Shown here: one piece after another, positions 1 to 9,844 of the stretch
Numbering within the stretch: position 1 is the stretch's first letter
Layout: every line of letters starts with the position of its first letter
From: Xanthobacteraceae bacterium
GTDB taxonomy: Bacteria; Pseudomonadota; Alphaproteobacteria; Rhizobiales; Xanthobacteraceae
Assembly: GCA_036556265.1 (NCBI GenBank)
Contig: DATBJU010000091.1
Span: 4,230-68,229, forward strand
Reading direction: 5' to 3'
Length of the DNA: 64,000 nt
The notes under the pieces: model-generated
What the model saw: the letters and a program-made list of their open reading frames with translations, nothing else
Databases searched by the model: none
Told to the model about the DNA's origin: nothing
Program-made: the position numbers and the translations under genes

Positions 1-81
1 GACCTCCAGTCGCGCTTGCTCCGTACCGCGTAACCGTCCGCAGCCCGATCTCGGTACGACGTCAGGCGGGTGGCACGCGAT

Positions 82-861
82 TCAGAGCTGGCGTTCGACC
101 ATGAGTTTCTTGATCTCGGCGATGGCCTTCGCCGGATTGAGACCCTTCGGACACGTCTTCGCGCAGTTTAGGATTGTGTGACAGCGGTAAAGTCGGAACG
201 GATCTTCGAGTTCGTCGAGCCGTTCGCCACTCGATTCATCTCGCGAATCTGCGATCCACCGGTAGGCCTGCAGCAGTGCCGCGGGGCCTAGGTACCGGTC
301 GCCATTCCACCAGTAACTTGGGCAGGAGGTCGTGCAGCAAGCGCATAGGATGCACTCATAGAGCCCATCGAGCTTGCCGCGATCCTCGTGGGATTGCCGC
401 CACTCGCGCTCCGGTGCCGGCGTCCGCGTCTGCAACCACGGACCGATCGACGCGTACTGCGCGTAGAAGACGCTCATGTCGGGCACGAGATCCTTCATTA
501 TTTCCATGTGCGGCAACGGGTAGATCTTGACTGGCGCCTTCACGTCGTCGATCGCGAGTGTGCAGGCAAGAGTATTCATTCCGTCGATGTTCATCGAGCA
601 CGACCCGCACACGCCTTCCCGGCACGATCGCCGGAACGTGAGCGTGGCGTCCACTTTGTTCTTGATCCAGATCAGCGCGTCCAGGACCATCGGCCCACAG
701 TCGTCGCGATCGACAAAGTAAGTGTCGACACACGGATTTCGGCCGTCATCCGGATTCCAGCGGTACACGCGGAACTCTGTGGTGCGCTTGGCGCCTGCCG
801 GCGCCGGCCATGTCTTGCCCTGGATGATCTTGGAATTTCTCGGCAGCGTCAGCTGGACCAT
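82..861 (-). CDS. sdhB: Succinate dehydrogenase iron-sulfur subunit
   Basis: 259-aa ORF with three Cys clusters ([39 protein letters not shown]). Lies 3 nt downstream of sdhA. ATG confirmed at 859-861. Confidence 0.95.
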   Translation of the reverse strand: MVQLTLPRNSKIIQGKTWPAPAGAKRTTEFRVYRWNPDDGRNPCVDTYFVDRDDCGPMVLDALIWIKNKVDATLTFRRSCREGVCGSCSMNIDGMNTLACTLAIDDVKAPVKIYPLPHMEIMKDLVPDMSVFYAQYASIGPWLQTRTPAPEREWRQSHEDRGKLDGLYECILCACCTTSCPSYWWNGDRYLGPAALLQAYRWIADSRDESSGERLDELEDPFRLYRCHTILNCAKTCPKGLNPAKAIAEIKKLMVERQL

Positions 862-864
862 GAT

Positions 865-2700
865 TCAATACACCCGCTTCACCGGCTCGATATATTGCAC
901 TTCGTTCGTCAACGTGTAGGTGTGCACGGGCCGGTAATCGATCCGCACCTTACGAGTATTGCGGTCCAGCCAAGCGAGCGTGTGCTTCATCCAGTTCTTG
1001 TCGTCGCGCTCGGGATAATCCTCGCGTGCGTGGGCACCGCGGCTTTCGGTCCGGTTGCGCGCCGAGTCCATCGTGACAACCGCCTGTTCGATCAAATTGG
1101 CAAACTCCAGGGTTTCGATCAGGTCGGAATTCCAGACGAGCGAGCGGTCGCTAACATGGACGTCGGCTATCCCCGCAAATACGTCGTGGATGAGCTTGTG
1201 GCCCTCCTTGAGCACCTCACCGGTACGGAACACCGCGCAATTCGTCTGCATCACCTTCTGCATCCTGAGCCGCAACTCGGCCGTCGGCATGCCTCCAGTC
1301 GCGTGGCGGAAACGATCGAGCCGCGCAACGGCGAGTTCCGCGGAATCGACCGGCAGGTCCGCATGCTTTTCGCCCGGCGTCACGAGCTCGGCACAGCGTT
1401 CCGCCGCTGCGCGCCCAAACACCACGAGGTCGGTCAAGGAGTTGGAACCGAGCCGGTTCGCCCCGTGCACCGAGACGCTCGCAGCCTCACCGATCGCCAT
1501 CAGACCCGGCACTACTTTGTCGGCTTCGCCATTCGCCTTGGTCAGCGCCTCGCCGTGATGGTTCGAGGGGATACCACCCATATTATAGTGCGCGGTCGGC
1601 AGCACCGGGATCGGCTCACGCGTCACGTCGACGCCAGCAAAAATACGAGCGCTTTCGGAAATGCCCGGCAAGCGCTCGTGTATGACGGCCGGGTCGAGAT
1701 GGTCGAGATGCAGGAAGATATGGTCCTTGTTCTTGCCGACACCCCGCCCCTCGCGGATTTCGATCGTCATCGAGCGTGAAACGACATCACGCGAGGCAAG
1801 ATCCTTTGCCGAGGGCGCATAGCGCTCCATGAACCGCTCGCCCTCCGAGTTTGCGAGATAGCCACCTTCGCCCCGCACGCCCTCGGTAATCAGGCAGCCT
1901 GCGCCATAGATCCCGGTCGGGTGAAACTGCACAAACTCCATGTCCTGCAACGGCAAACCGGCGCGCAGCACCATTCCGTTGCCGTCGCCAGTCTGCGTGT
2001 GGGCGCCTGTGCAGGAATAGTAGATGCGGCCATAACCCCCGGTAGCGATAATGGTCACGTGCGCGCGGAAGCGATGCATCGTTCCATCATCGAGCTTGAG
2101 TGCAACTACCCCGCGGCAACGACCGTCTTCGTCCATCATGAGGTCGATCGCAAAATATTCGACGAAAAATTCCGCCGCATGCCTTAGCGCTTGGCCGTAC
2201 AACGTGTGTAGCATTGCATGGCCGGTCCGGTCGGCCGCTGCACAAGTGCGCTGCGCGGTGCCTTTCCCAAAATGCGTAGTCATGCCGCCGAACGGGCGCT
2301 GATAGATTTTGCCCTCCTCGGTGCGCGAGAAGGGAACTCCCCAGTGCTCAAGTTCGATCACAGCGGCGGGAGCATTGCGGCAGAGATATTCGATCGCATC
2401 CTGATCGCCGAGCCAATCAGACCCCTTCACCGTGTCGTACATGTGCCAGCGCCAGTCGTCTTCGCCCATGTTGCCGAGCGCCGCGGAAATACCTCCCTGC
2501 GCGGCCACGGTGTGCGACCGTGTCGGAAACACCTTGGTCACACACGCCGTGCGCAGCCCGGCCTCCGCACAACCGATCACCGCGCGCAGACCGGAGCCGC
2601 CGGCACCGACGACGATCACATCATAACTGTGATCCGTGATGGGGTACGCGCGACCGTTGATCGCCGGAGCCGGATTTTTCGCGTGGCCGTTACCCGCCAT
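865..2700 (-). CDS. sdhA: Succinate dehydrogenase flavoprotein subunit
   Basis: 611-aa ORF with an FAD fold ([13 protein letters not shown]) and the covalent-FAD His context [10 protein letters not shown]. Full-length SdhA-type sequence. Confidence 0.95.
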   Translation of the reverse strand: MAGNGHAKNPAPAINGRAYPITDHSYDVIVVGAGGSGLRAVIGCAEAGLRTACVTKVFPTRSHTVAAQGGISAALGNMGEDDWRWHMYDTVKGSDWLGDQDAIEYLCRNAPAAVIELEHWGVPFSRTEEGKIYQRPFGGMTTHFGKGTAQRTCAAADRTGHAMLHTLYGQALRHAAEFFVEYFAIDLMMDEDGRCRGVVALKLDDGTMHRFRAHVTIIATGGYGRIYYSCTGAHTQTGDGNGMVLRAGLPLQDMEFVQFHPTGIYGAGCLITEGVRGEGGYLANSEGERFMERYAPSAKDLASRDVVSRSMTIEIREGRGVGKNKDHIFLHLDHLDPAVIHERLPGISESARIFAGVDVTREPIPVLPTAHYNMGGIPSNHHGEALTKANGEADKVVPGLMAIGEAASVSVHGANRLGSNSLTDLVVFGRAAAERCAELVTPGEKHADLPVDSAELAVARLDRFRHATGGMPTAELRLRMQKVMQTNCAVFRTGEVLKEGHKLIHDVFAGIADVHVSDRSLVWNSDLIETLEFANLIEQAVVTMDSARNRTESRGAHAREDYPERDDKNWMKHTLAWLDRNTRKVRIDYRPVHTYTLTNEVQYIEPVKRVY

Positions 2701-2703
2701 CTT

Positions 2704-3078
2704 TCACAGTCCAAAGCTCAGACGCAACGCGGCGAATACCGCCGTGAGACCGATCGCGATCGCAAAGAAAGTGTTCGTAATCAGTAGCGTCATCTTCATC
2801 CCGGGGTGCTGCACGTAGTCCTCGATGATCACCTGCATGCCGACGCGCATATGAATCACGATCGATAGGATTGCCGCGAGCAGCAGGATCGTCACCGCGG
2901 GTTGCCCGAGCACGGCCGCGACCGCCGCGTGGCTGCGCCCGCTGATCGACACGATCAAGAAAACGAAATAGATAACCAGCGCGACGTTCGCGATCGCCGT
3001 GGTGCGTTGAAGCAGGAAGTGCCCGGTACCCGAGTGCGCCGGGCCAAGTCCTCGAACGCGGCCGAGTGGCGTGCGCAT
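2704..3078 (-). CDS. sdhD: Succinate dehydrogenase membrane anchor subunit
   Basis: 124-aa hydrophobic protein between sdhC and sdhA, with ATG at 3076-3078. The 296-aa ORF in the track is an upstream extension running through sdhC in another frame. Confidence 0.85.
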   Translation of the reverse strand: MRTPLGRVRGLGPAHSGTGHFLLQRTTAIANVALVIYFVFLIVSISGRSHAAVAAVLGQPAVTILLLAAILSIVIHMRVGMQVIIEDYVQHPGMKMTLLITNTFFAIAIGLTAVFAALRLSFGL

Positions 3079-3080
3079 GG

Positions 3081-3479
3081 CTAGCCTCGCAGCATGAGAC
3101 CGAGCATCCAGATAATGACGGTCAGTGTGACGGACCCAATGAACGTCGCCCAGGCCGCGAATTCGCGTTCCGCCGGCCCAAGGCCACGACCCGTGTCCCA
3201 AATCAGATGCCGCACGCCCCCGAGAAGATGGTGCAGCAACGCCCACGTATAGCCGAACAAGATCACGCGGCCGATCCAGGACCCGAAGAAGCCATTGATG
3301 GTGTCGAAGTTCCGCGGGCTCGCGGCGGCAAGCAGCCACCAGACAAACAGGAGAGTACCCACATACAGCCCGGCACCTGTGAGCCGATGCACGACAGACA
3401 TGGCCATCGTCATGGTCAGGCGATAAATCTGCAGATGCGGCGACAGCGGCCGCTCGACTCTGGTCTTGGTGTCGATCAT
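3081..3479 (-). CDS. sdhC: Succinate dehydrogenase cytochrome b556 subunit
   Basis: 132-aa protein starting MIDTKTRVERPLSPHLQIYR (SdhC signature) with 3 TM segments. ATG at 3477-3479. Confidence 0.88.
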   Translation of the reverse strand: MIDTKTRVERPLSPHLQIYRLTMTMAMSVVHRLTGAGLYVGTLLFVWWLLAAASPRNFDTINGFFGSWIGRVILFGYTWALLHHLLGGVRHLIWDTGRGLGPAEREFAAWATFIGSVTLTVIIWMLGLMLRG

Positions 3480-3729
3480 GGCAATCCCGGGCGGGACATG
3501 TTGAGTAGCGGAAACCTGATGGTATCGCAACGATTCGCGGACTCGTTCCGCGTCGACACACGCGCCGGGCGAACCTGTGGTATGCCAGCCGCATCCCTTA
3601 GCTCCACCCGCCGAATCGAGATGGGTACACGATTCGCAAGACGCAAATTCGTCTTGAATCTCCGCAACGTTGCCGGGCCGCAAACGAGTTGAGCGGATGC
3701 AATCAACCGACCGGGCCCGCAGCAATTCG

Positions 3730-4686
3730 ATGTCGAGGAGTACGCAGCGACTTCTGACCTGGTTGTTCGCATGCCTCGCGTTGACCTGTGCGACGGGCGC
3801 GTCCTACGCGACCGAGGTCCGCAAGATCGTCACTGGCGGTGAGACGCGCAGCTATCGTCTCTACATCCCTTCCAACCTTCGCACTGCTCCCGTACCGGTT
3901 GTCATTGCGCTGCATGGCGCCGTTCAGTCCGCGTCGGAGTTTGAGGCCGACCTCGGCATGAACCGGATAGCCCAGCGCGAACATTTTGCTGTCGTGTATC
4001 CGGAGGGAGTCAATCGCGTGTGGGATGATGCTCGCCCACCGATAATGCGCCTTGGCTATCTTGTCCCGCCTGGCGAAGACGTTCCGTTCATTACCGCGAT
4101 CGTCCGCCGGTTGGTCAGCGAAGGCATTGCCGACCCGAATCGCATCTATCTCGCAGGGCTATCAATGGGTGGCTTCATGGCCGCGCGCATGGCGTGCGAG
4201 CGTTCCAACTTGTTTGCCGCGATCGCAATCATGGCGGCGACAATTCCCGAGCAGTATCGCAAAACTTGCACGCCGCGTCGGCCGCTACCGGCGCTGCTCA
4301 TCCATGGTACCTTCGACCCGATTGTTCCCTGGATCGGCGTTCCGATGGCCGGCGCCGGCATCTTGTCCGCGGCCGACACCGCGCAGTTCTTCGCCGATCT
4401 CGCTGGCTGCATGGCCTACGGCGACAGCATACGGCCGGGATTGGACCGATCCAACAAAGTCGAAATCCGGCGCTGGTCGATCTGTCGCGACAACCTGTCG
4501 GTCATGCTGTACACGATTCCGGGCGGCGGCCATCTGCCGCCGTCCGCCGACCCCGGCCGTGGCGACACGTTCGTCTCCTGGTTCTTGCAGGAACGCAGCC
4601 ATTCGATCGACGCCGCGGAGGAGATTTGGAGCTTCTTCCGTCAGTACCGGGCCGGGCCCGGTCAACGCGGAATGAGCGCCCAATAG
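3730..4686 (+). CDS. Secreted alpha/beta-hydrolase, PHB-depolymerase-family esterase
   Basis: Signal peptide (LLTWLFACLALTCATGASYA), nucleophile elbow GLSMGG, and HGTFD/GGGH motifs typical of the LpqC/PHB depolymerase esterase family. ATG at 3730 chosen over the upstream 3670 start. Confidence 0.7.
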   Translation: MSRSTQRLLTWLFACLALTCATGASYATEVRKIVTGGETRSYRLYIPSNLRTAPVPVVIALHGAVQSASEFEADLGMNRIAQREHFAVVYPEGVNRVWDDARPPIMRLGYLVPPGEDVPFITAIVRRLVSEGIADPNRIYLAGLSMGGFMAARMACERSNLFAAIAIMAATIPEQYRKTCTPRRPLPALLIHGTFDPIVPWIGVPMAGAGILSAADTAQFFADLAGCMAYGDSIRPGLDRSNKVEIRRWSICRDNLSVMLYTIPGGGHLPPSADPGRGDTFVSWFLQERSHSIDAAEEIWSFFRQYRAGPGQRGMSAQ

Positions 4687-5708
4687 TCCAGGTCCAGGAT
4701 CACTTCCGGCTCATATTCTTCTCCCTGTCGCCAGGGAAAATCGTTGCACGGCCGGTCCTTGGTCGCGACGGTACGCAACCGCAACGCACCTACGTCGCGG
4801 CGACCCGGGATCGGCTGCCGGTCGATCACTTGCGACCAGGCGAACACGGTATCGCCTGCAAACAGCGGGTTGACGTGCCGTCCGGAATTGATCGCGGCCA
4901 AGTGGAAGGCATTAGCGAGACCGTTGAAGCTGAGCGACCGCGCGAGCGAGATAACATGTCCCCCGTAGATCAGCCGCCGCCCGTACCGGCCCGTGCTCTC
5001 GCTGTATTGGTTGAAATGGATGCGCGCCGGATTCTGGTACAGCCGCGTCGCGAGTTGATGCTCGGCCTCTTCGACGGTAACCCCGTCGACATGATCAATG
5101 CGTGTGCCAACTTCGTAGTCCTCGAGCCGGTGTGGACTGCCCGCAAGGGTCAGATCGTAGTTCTTGATTTCGAGCGCGGGCACTGCGTCGCCCAGAGACT
5201 CCGCGTGCAGGAAGGCCGGCAACTTCGGCACAAATGGCTCCGGCACGTCGACTGTCTCGCTCCGCTTGCGCACCATCACCCAGCGCACATAGTCGACGAC
5301 TTCGGTGCCGTCGTGCCTGAGCCCGGTGGAACGCACATAGACGACGCCAGCCTTGCGATCGGAATTCTCCCGCAAGCCGATCACTTCGGAGACAGCGTGC
5401 AGCGTGTCGCCGGGATAGACCGGGGCGAGGAAACGGCCCGCCGCGTAGCCGAGATTGGCAACAGCATTCAGTGAGATGTCCGGAACCGTCTTACCGAAGA
5501 CGATGTTGAATACGAGCAGATCGTCGACCGGTGAGTGGCGATAGCCGATTGCACGGGCAAATGCCTCGGATGACTGTACCGCCGTGCGGGTGCCGTACAG
5601 GGCCCCATAAAGGGCGACGTCTCCGGAGGTCACCGTGCGGGGTGTGGCGTGGCGGATGACCTGACCGACGCGAAAATCCTCGAAGTAACTGCCCGCGCTG
5701 TTCGCCAT
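4662..5708 (-). CDS. MaoC-family double hot-dog hydratase, probable mesaconyl-CoA (2-methylfumaryl-CoA) hydratase
   Basis: About 348 aa with two hot-dog halves. The N-terminus YFEDFRVGQVIRHATPRTVTSGDVALYGALYG resembles ethylmalonyl-CoA pathway Mch proteins. ATG at 5706-5708. Confidence 0.6.
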   Translation of the reverse strand: MANSAGSYFEDFRVGQVIRHATPRTVTSGDVALYGALYGTRTAVQSSEAFARAIGYRHSPVDDLLVFNIVFGKTVPDISLNAVANLGYAAGRFLAPVYPGDTLHAVSEVIGLRENSDRKAGVVYVRSTGLRHDGTEVVDYVRWVMVRKRSETVDVPEPFVPKLPAFLHAESLGDAVPALEIKNYDLTLAGSPHRLEDYEVGTRIDHVDGVTVEEAEHQLATRLYQNPARIHFNQYSESTGRYGRRLIYGGHVISLARSLSFNGLANAFHLAAINSGRHVNPLFAGDTVFAWSQVIDRQPIPGRRDVGALRLRTVATKDRPCNDFPWRQGEEYEPEVILDLDYWALIPR

Positions 5709-5840
5709 TTCGACCCCTTCCGGCGAAACTAGCCGCCCCGCCTCCGCCTTGCCAAGGTTGGCCGCGGAAAAAGCGCCCAAGCTTTGCCGTATGGAGCGCG
5801 GTCGAACAGCGCGCAGCCCTAGCCGCCGACATTAGCCTCG

Positions 5841-6875
5841 TCAGGCCGCCTTCTTCTTCGGCTGCAACAGCTTGCGATTGATGAGGGACTCGGCGATCTG
5901 GATCGCGTTCAACGCCGCGCCCTTGCGCAGGTTGTCCGACACGCACCAGAAGGCAATACCATGCTTCACCGTCTTGTCGTCGCGCAACCGCGACACGTAG
6001 GTCGCGTCCTCGCCGACGCACTCGAACGGCGTGACGTAGCCACCGGCCTCACGCTTGTCGACGACAAGTATGCCCGGCGCCTCGCGCAGGAGGTCGCGCG
6101 CCTGATCCGCCGATAGCGGCTTCTCGAATTCGACGTTCACCGCCTCGGAATGGCCGATGAACACCGGCACGCGCACGCAGGTCGCCACCAAGTTGATCTT
6201 CGGATCAAGGATCTTCTTGGTCTCAGCCGACATCTTCCACTCTTCGCGAGTGTAGCCGTCGTCCATGAACACATCGATATGCGGGATCAGATTGAACGCG
6301 ATCCGCTTCGGAAACTTTTCCGCCTCCGGTGTCTCGGCCGAGAAAATCGCCCGCGTCTGCGAGAACAGCTCGTCCATCGCTTCCTTGCCCGCGCCCGACA
6401 CGGACTGATAGGTCGCGACCACCACGCGCTTGATTCTGGCGCGGTCATGCAGCGGCTTCAGCGCCACAACGAGCTGTGCGGTGGAACAATTCGGATTCGC
6501 GATGATGTTCTTCTTCTTGAAGCCGTCGACCGCCGCCGCGTTAACCTCGGGGACAACCAGCGGCACATCCGGGTCGTAGCGCCAAGCCGAGGAGTTATCG
6601 ATCACCACGCAGCCTTTCGCCGCGATCTTCGGCGACCATTCCTTCGAGACGGCGGAACCCGCGGACATCAGGCAGATGTCGGTATCGGTGAAATCATGGT
6701 GCTCGAGCGCCTTCACCTTCAGCGTTCGTTCACCATAGGAGACTTCAACGCCGACCGACCGGCGCGACGCGAGCGCGACCACCTCGTCGGCGACGAAGCC
6801 CCGCTCGGCGAGAATCTGGAGCATCTCGCGCCCAACGTTGCCGGTCGCGCCGACAACGGCGACCTTGTAACCCAT
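5841..6875 (-). CDS. asd: Aspartate-semialdehyde dehydrogenase
   Basis: 344 aa with the NAD-binding motif VAVVGATGNVGREM and the active-site context NPNCSTAQL. Confidence 0.95.
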   Translation of the reverse strand: MGYKVAVVGATGNVGREMLQILAERGFVADEVVALASRRSVGVEVSYGERTLKVKALEHHDFTDTDICLMSAGSAVSKEWSPKIAAKGCVVIDNSSAWRYDPDVPLVVPEVNAAAVDGFKKKNIIANPNCSTAQLVVALKPLHDRARIKRVVVATYQSVSGAGKEAMDELFSQTRAIFSAETPEAEKFPKRIAFNLIPHIDVFMDDGYTREEWKMSAETKKILDPKINLVATCVRVPVFIGHSEAVNVEFEKPLSADQARDLLREAPGILVVDKREAGGYVTPFECVGEDATYVSRLRDDKTVKHGIAFWCVSDNLRKGAALNAIQIAESLINRKLLQPKKKAA

Positions 6876-6990
6876 CGTTCACTCTCCGCCGAGAATTAGC
6901 GGTTTTCCCACTGCCAGAATACCGGAGCGCAGCGGCTTCTACGCGAGAAGAGGGCCAATCGCAACGCCATCCTGCAGGGAGGGAAAAGGC

Positions 6991-7977
6991 GTGGCCGTCT
7001 TCCAGTTCCTCGCGCCTCTCGGGCGCTCGCGCGCCCACGCCTCACGCTCGACGTTCGAAGGCGGGCCTCCTCGGCCCGGCCGCATCGACGCCATACTGGC
7101 TGTCATCGATCACTGGCTCTCGACCACAAATTTCACACTCCAATCTGCCTTCTACTCCACCCGCAATCGGGCCGCAGGGATTGGCGACCGCGTTCTGGAG
7201 ATATGGAGCCTTCCCGGCTCCACCCTTCTCACGTACGGCGCCGTAGGCATCATGGCGGCGATTCTCGCGAACGATCTGATTAACCGCCCGTCTGCCGCCG
7301 TCCCGGCGGTACCCGCCGCCGAGCCGCTCAGGCCGGCGTGGATCGAGATCTCGCGTCCACACGGCGCTTTCGCGCTCAACTCACCTTCACTGGAAGGGCT
7401 CGAAGCCCACTACGTCGTGCGCCGTCATCGCTTCGGCGGCGGTCGCAAGGACGAACTCACCTTCGGTGATCCATCGGCGCCCCGCCCATATATACGAGTC
7501 GAGGTCTATCGGCCTGGCTCCGAAGGAACGGCAGAGCCCGATGCGCTTGAGGCAGTGGTCGCACTCGCCTCGCGCTCGGCAATCAATGCCGAACTTGAGG
7601 AGACCAACCGCAAGCTTCGCACGAAATTCGGCGCGCTGCCGGTCGTGGCGATGACCGTGAAGAACGGAGATAGCCTACGTCGCTGTATCGCGACGGCTTA
7701 CGCTTGGAACGATCCGCGCCTAGGTCTCGTCGCCTGGTGGTGCAACGATGGGCCCGAACTTGTCGCGCATGGCGAGTTCGCATGCCTACTGGACCGCCTC
7801 GCGCTGATGAGCGCCGGTGGCGACGACCGCCTCGCTGAATTCTTCGCGCAGGCGGAACTGCGGCGCGGCTATTGCGGTTCCTACGGGTCCATCGTGAGCC
7901 CGACGCCCAAGCATCACGACGATTGGATTCACGCAAAGATCGCACCACGATTGCGCGGCCGCTTGTCCGCACGCTGA
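6991..7977 (+). CDS. Hypothetical single-pass membrane protein
   Basis: 328-aa ORF with a GTG start 9 nt after AGGGAGGG. One TM segment (LLTYGAVGIMAAILANDLI) and a C-terminal ~230-aa domain with 4 Cys. I recognise no family motif. Confidence 0.5.
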   Translation: MAVFQFLAPLGRSRAHASRSTFEGGPPRPGRIDAILAVIDHWLSTTNFTLQSAFYSTRNRAAGIGDRVLEIWSLPGSTLLTYGAVGIMAAILANDLINRPSAAVPAVPAAEPLRPAWIEISRPHGAFALNSPSLEGLEAHYVVRRHRFGGGRKDELTFGDPSAPRPYIRVEVYRPGSEGTAEPDALEAVVALASRSAINAELEETNRKLRTKFGALPVVAMTVKNGDSLRRCIATAYAWNDPRLGLVAWWCNDGPELVAHGEFACLLDRLALMSAGGDDRLAEFFAQAELRRGYCGSYGSIVSPTPKHHDDWIHAKIAPRLRGRLSAR

Positions 7978-7982
7978 GGGGC

Positions 7983-8378
7983 TCAGCGCTTCAGGAACGG
8001 ATTTTGCCAGCCGCCCGGCGCAGCCGATTCCGGGAAAGCCTTTTCCAGATAGTCGAGGATGGCTTCCCGTTGCTTGCCCTCCAACTTCGGCATGCCGTGC
8101 CGCTCTGTCATGAAGTCTAACGTCCCGTCCCACCGTGCACGGCTCATGCCTTGCTGCGCCACAAGCTTGAAGTTGTGACAGGCGGTGCAGAAGTAAAACG
8201 TGTCTTCCCGTCCCGGAAGATCGGGAAATTCCTCCGGCTCCTCCTCACGCGGCTCGAAGGTCTGTTGCTGCGCGGAGCCGATCGCAGGCGCGCAAACGAC
8301 TAGCTCTGCGCCGATCGAAAGAAGAACCAAGAGATGGGCGGCCTTCGCCGCCCATCCGGGAGTGCCTGTCCGCTTCAA
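7983..8378 (-). CDS. Mono-haem c-type cytochrome, likely electron-acceptor subunit of the adjacent sulfite dehydrogenase (SorB-like)
   Basis: Single CXXCH (FYFCTACHNF), a possible Met ligand (HGMP) and a signal-peptide-like N-terminus (AAHLLVLLSIGAELVVCAPAIGSA). Start assigned to the TTG at 8376-8378, 7 nt after the sorA-like stop. In-frame alternatives are the ATG at 8429 and the ORF start at 8459. Confidence 0.65.
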   Translation of the reverse strand: MKRTGTPGWAAKAAHLLVLLSIGAELVVCAPAIGSAQQQTFEPREEEPEEFPDLPGREDTFYFCTACHNFKLVAQQGMSRARWDGTLDFMTERHGMPKLEGKQREAILDYLEKAFPESAAPGGWQNPFLKR

Positions 8379-8385
8379 GACTCGG

Positions 8386-9741
8386 TCAACCGACCAGTAC
8401 CGCGATGCGATGGAACGGATTTCCCCCATAACCGCTCGGATTCCAGTTCGGGGCAACATGTGGCTGCATCGTGCCCTTGCTGTCGGTTGCCCGCGACCAG
8501 ATTTCGAAATAGCCGTCCGATGGCAATTTCAAGTTCGCCGTCCACCGCTGCCAGTCGAACTTGTTCTTTGGCTTTTCCAGTTTCGCCGCTTGCCACGATT
8601 GACCATAGTCGAGGGAGATGTCGACGCGTTGCACCGAGAGATCGCCCGCCCAGGACGCGCCCCGCAGCGCCACGTCGCGGGTTCCGGCGGCGAGCTTCGT
8701 GCCGTTCGCCGGCGCCGTGATGACCGAGCGTACCGGCATCGACTCTAAAATCTTGAAGTTTTTCGGATCGGCTTTTTCTCCCGGCACCATCGGCTTAATG
8801 GTGAGCCGGTAGGACGTGCCGGTCATGCCCGGCCCGTCGTGCTCCTTGTCACGGATCACGATTCGGGTCAGCCACTTCTGCGATGCCGATCCAGCCCAAC
8901 CCGGGAAGATGAGGCGCACCGGCCCGCCGTGAATGTTCGGCAGCGGCTTGCCGTTCATCGCCCAGACGATCATCGACTCGGGCTCCATCGCCTTCGGCAT
9001 GCGCACGCCGCGCGAAAGCGGCAGTTTGCTGGCATCGCCTGACAGATGCAGGTCCGCTGCATAGTGTGCCGTGTAGATGCCGCTGGGCTTTACGCCTGCC
9101 GTTTTCAGAACGTCGGCCAGCCGTACCCCGGTCCATTCGGCACAGCCCGCGCCGCCATTCGTCCACTGATTGCCGCTTGCGCGAGGCGTGAAGAACGACC
9201 GGCCGTTGCCGCCACATTCCAGCACCATGCGCAGCGTCTGCGCCTTGTATTTCGACTTGAGCTCGCCAAGCGAAATCTCAAGGGGCTTGTTGACCTCGCC
9301 CTCGATCTTGACGGTCCACTTTTCCGGTTCCTTGGCTTCGTCCGGGATCTGTCCGTTGTTGCGGATGTAAAACTTCTCGACCGGCGTCGTGTCGTCGTTC
9401 AGCAGGTGCTCCGGTGTTTCGGCGACGAGCGGCTTCTCGCCGATCACAACGAGCCCTTTGTCCTTGCCCGGGAAATCGAGATGGACAGGGCCTTTGGGCG
9501 CGGCCGGCGCCGCAGGCTTGTCCTGCGCGAGTGCGGCCGGGACCAGTCCCGCCGGCATGTTCTGGCTGAATGGGATCGCGCCGCCGACCGCCGCCCCGAA
9601 TGCCGCAAGACCGGCACCGCCGAGAAATCCGCGCCGACTTGGTCCGTCTTTGCGGCCGAAAACAACCGCGTCCGCCCGCTCGGGGTCGTTGCGGTACAAT
9701 TCTTCGATTGAACGCTCGATCTTGCCAATTCTGCCCGACAT
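8386..9741 (-). CDS. sorA: Sulfite-oxidase-family molybdoenzyme, periplasmic sulfite:cytochrome c oxidoreductase catalytic subunit (SorA-like)
   Basis: 451 aa with a twin-arginine signal (SRRGFLGGAGLAAFGAA), the Mo-ligand Cys context LECGGNGR and a C-terminal dimerisation-type domain. ATG at 9739-9741 follows GAGGGA. Confidence 0.85.
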   Translation of the reverse strand: MSGRIGKIERSIEELYRNDPERADAVVFGRKDGPSRRGFLGGAGLAAFGAAVGGAIPFSQNMPAGLVPAALAQDKPAAPAAPKGPVHLDFPGKDKGLVVIGEKPLVAETPEHLLNDDTTPVEKFYIRNNGQIPDEAKEPEKWTVKIEGEVNKPLEISLGELKSKYKAQTLRMVLECGGNGRSFFTPRASGNQWTNGGAGCAEWTGVRLADVLKTAGVKPSGIYTAHYAADLHLSGDASKLPLSRGVRMPKAMEPESMIVWAMNGKPLPNIHGGPVRLIFPGWAGSASQKWLTRIVIRDKEHDGPGMTGTSYRLTIKPMVPGEKADPKNFKILESMPVRSVITAPANGTKLAAGTRDVALRGASWAGDLSVQRVDISLDYGQSWQAAKLEKPKNKFDWQRWTANLKLPSDGYFEIWSRATDSKGTMQPHVAPNWNPSGYGGNPFHRIAVLVG

Positions 9742-9816
9742 GGTTCCCTCCCGATGCCTCCGCGCCGGATGGCGCGGCCCCGTCCGGTTGCGCCGTGACA
9801 GGGGTCGAAGAGAAGA

Positions 9817-9842
9817 AACGGGCAAGGCGGAAGATTTATTCC
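9817..9842 (-). promoter_or_regulatory. Candidate ECF-type promoter upstream of the sorA-like gene
   Basis: Minus strand reads GGAAT-AAATCTTCCGCCTTGCC-CGTT (-35 GGAAT at 9842-9838, 17-nt spacer, -10 CGTT at 9820-9817). This fits the generic GAAC...CGT ECF architecture. Motif only, with no experimental support. Confidence 0.35.
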
Positions 9843-9844
9843 CT

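Noticed and set aside
388-1779. 463-aa ORF antisense to sdhA/sdhB
   Set aside because: This is a high-GC antisense frame artefact. sdhA and sdhB on the minus strand are clearly the real genes.
2704-3594. 296-aa version of the sdhD ORF and 415-aa version of the leuD ORF (12611-13858)
   Set aside because: The N-terminal parts are read-through extensions that overlap sdhC and the HXXEE gene respectively. Internal ATGs give proteins of canonical length and N-terminus.
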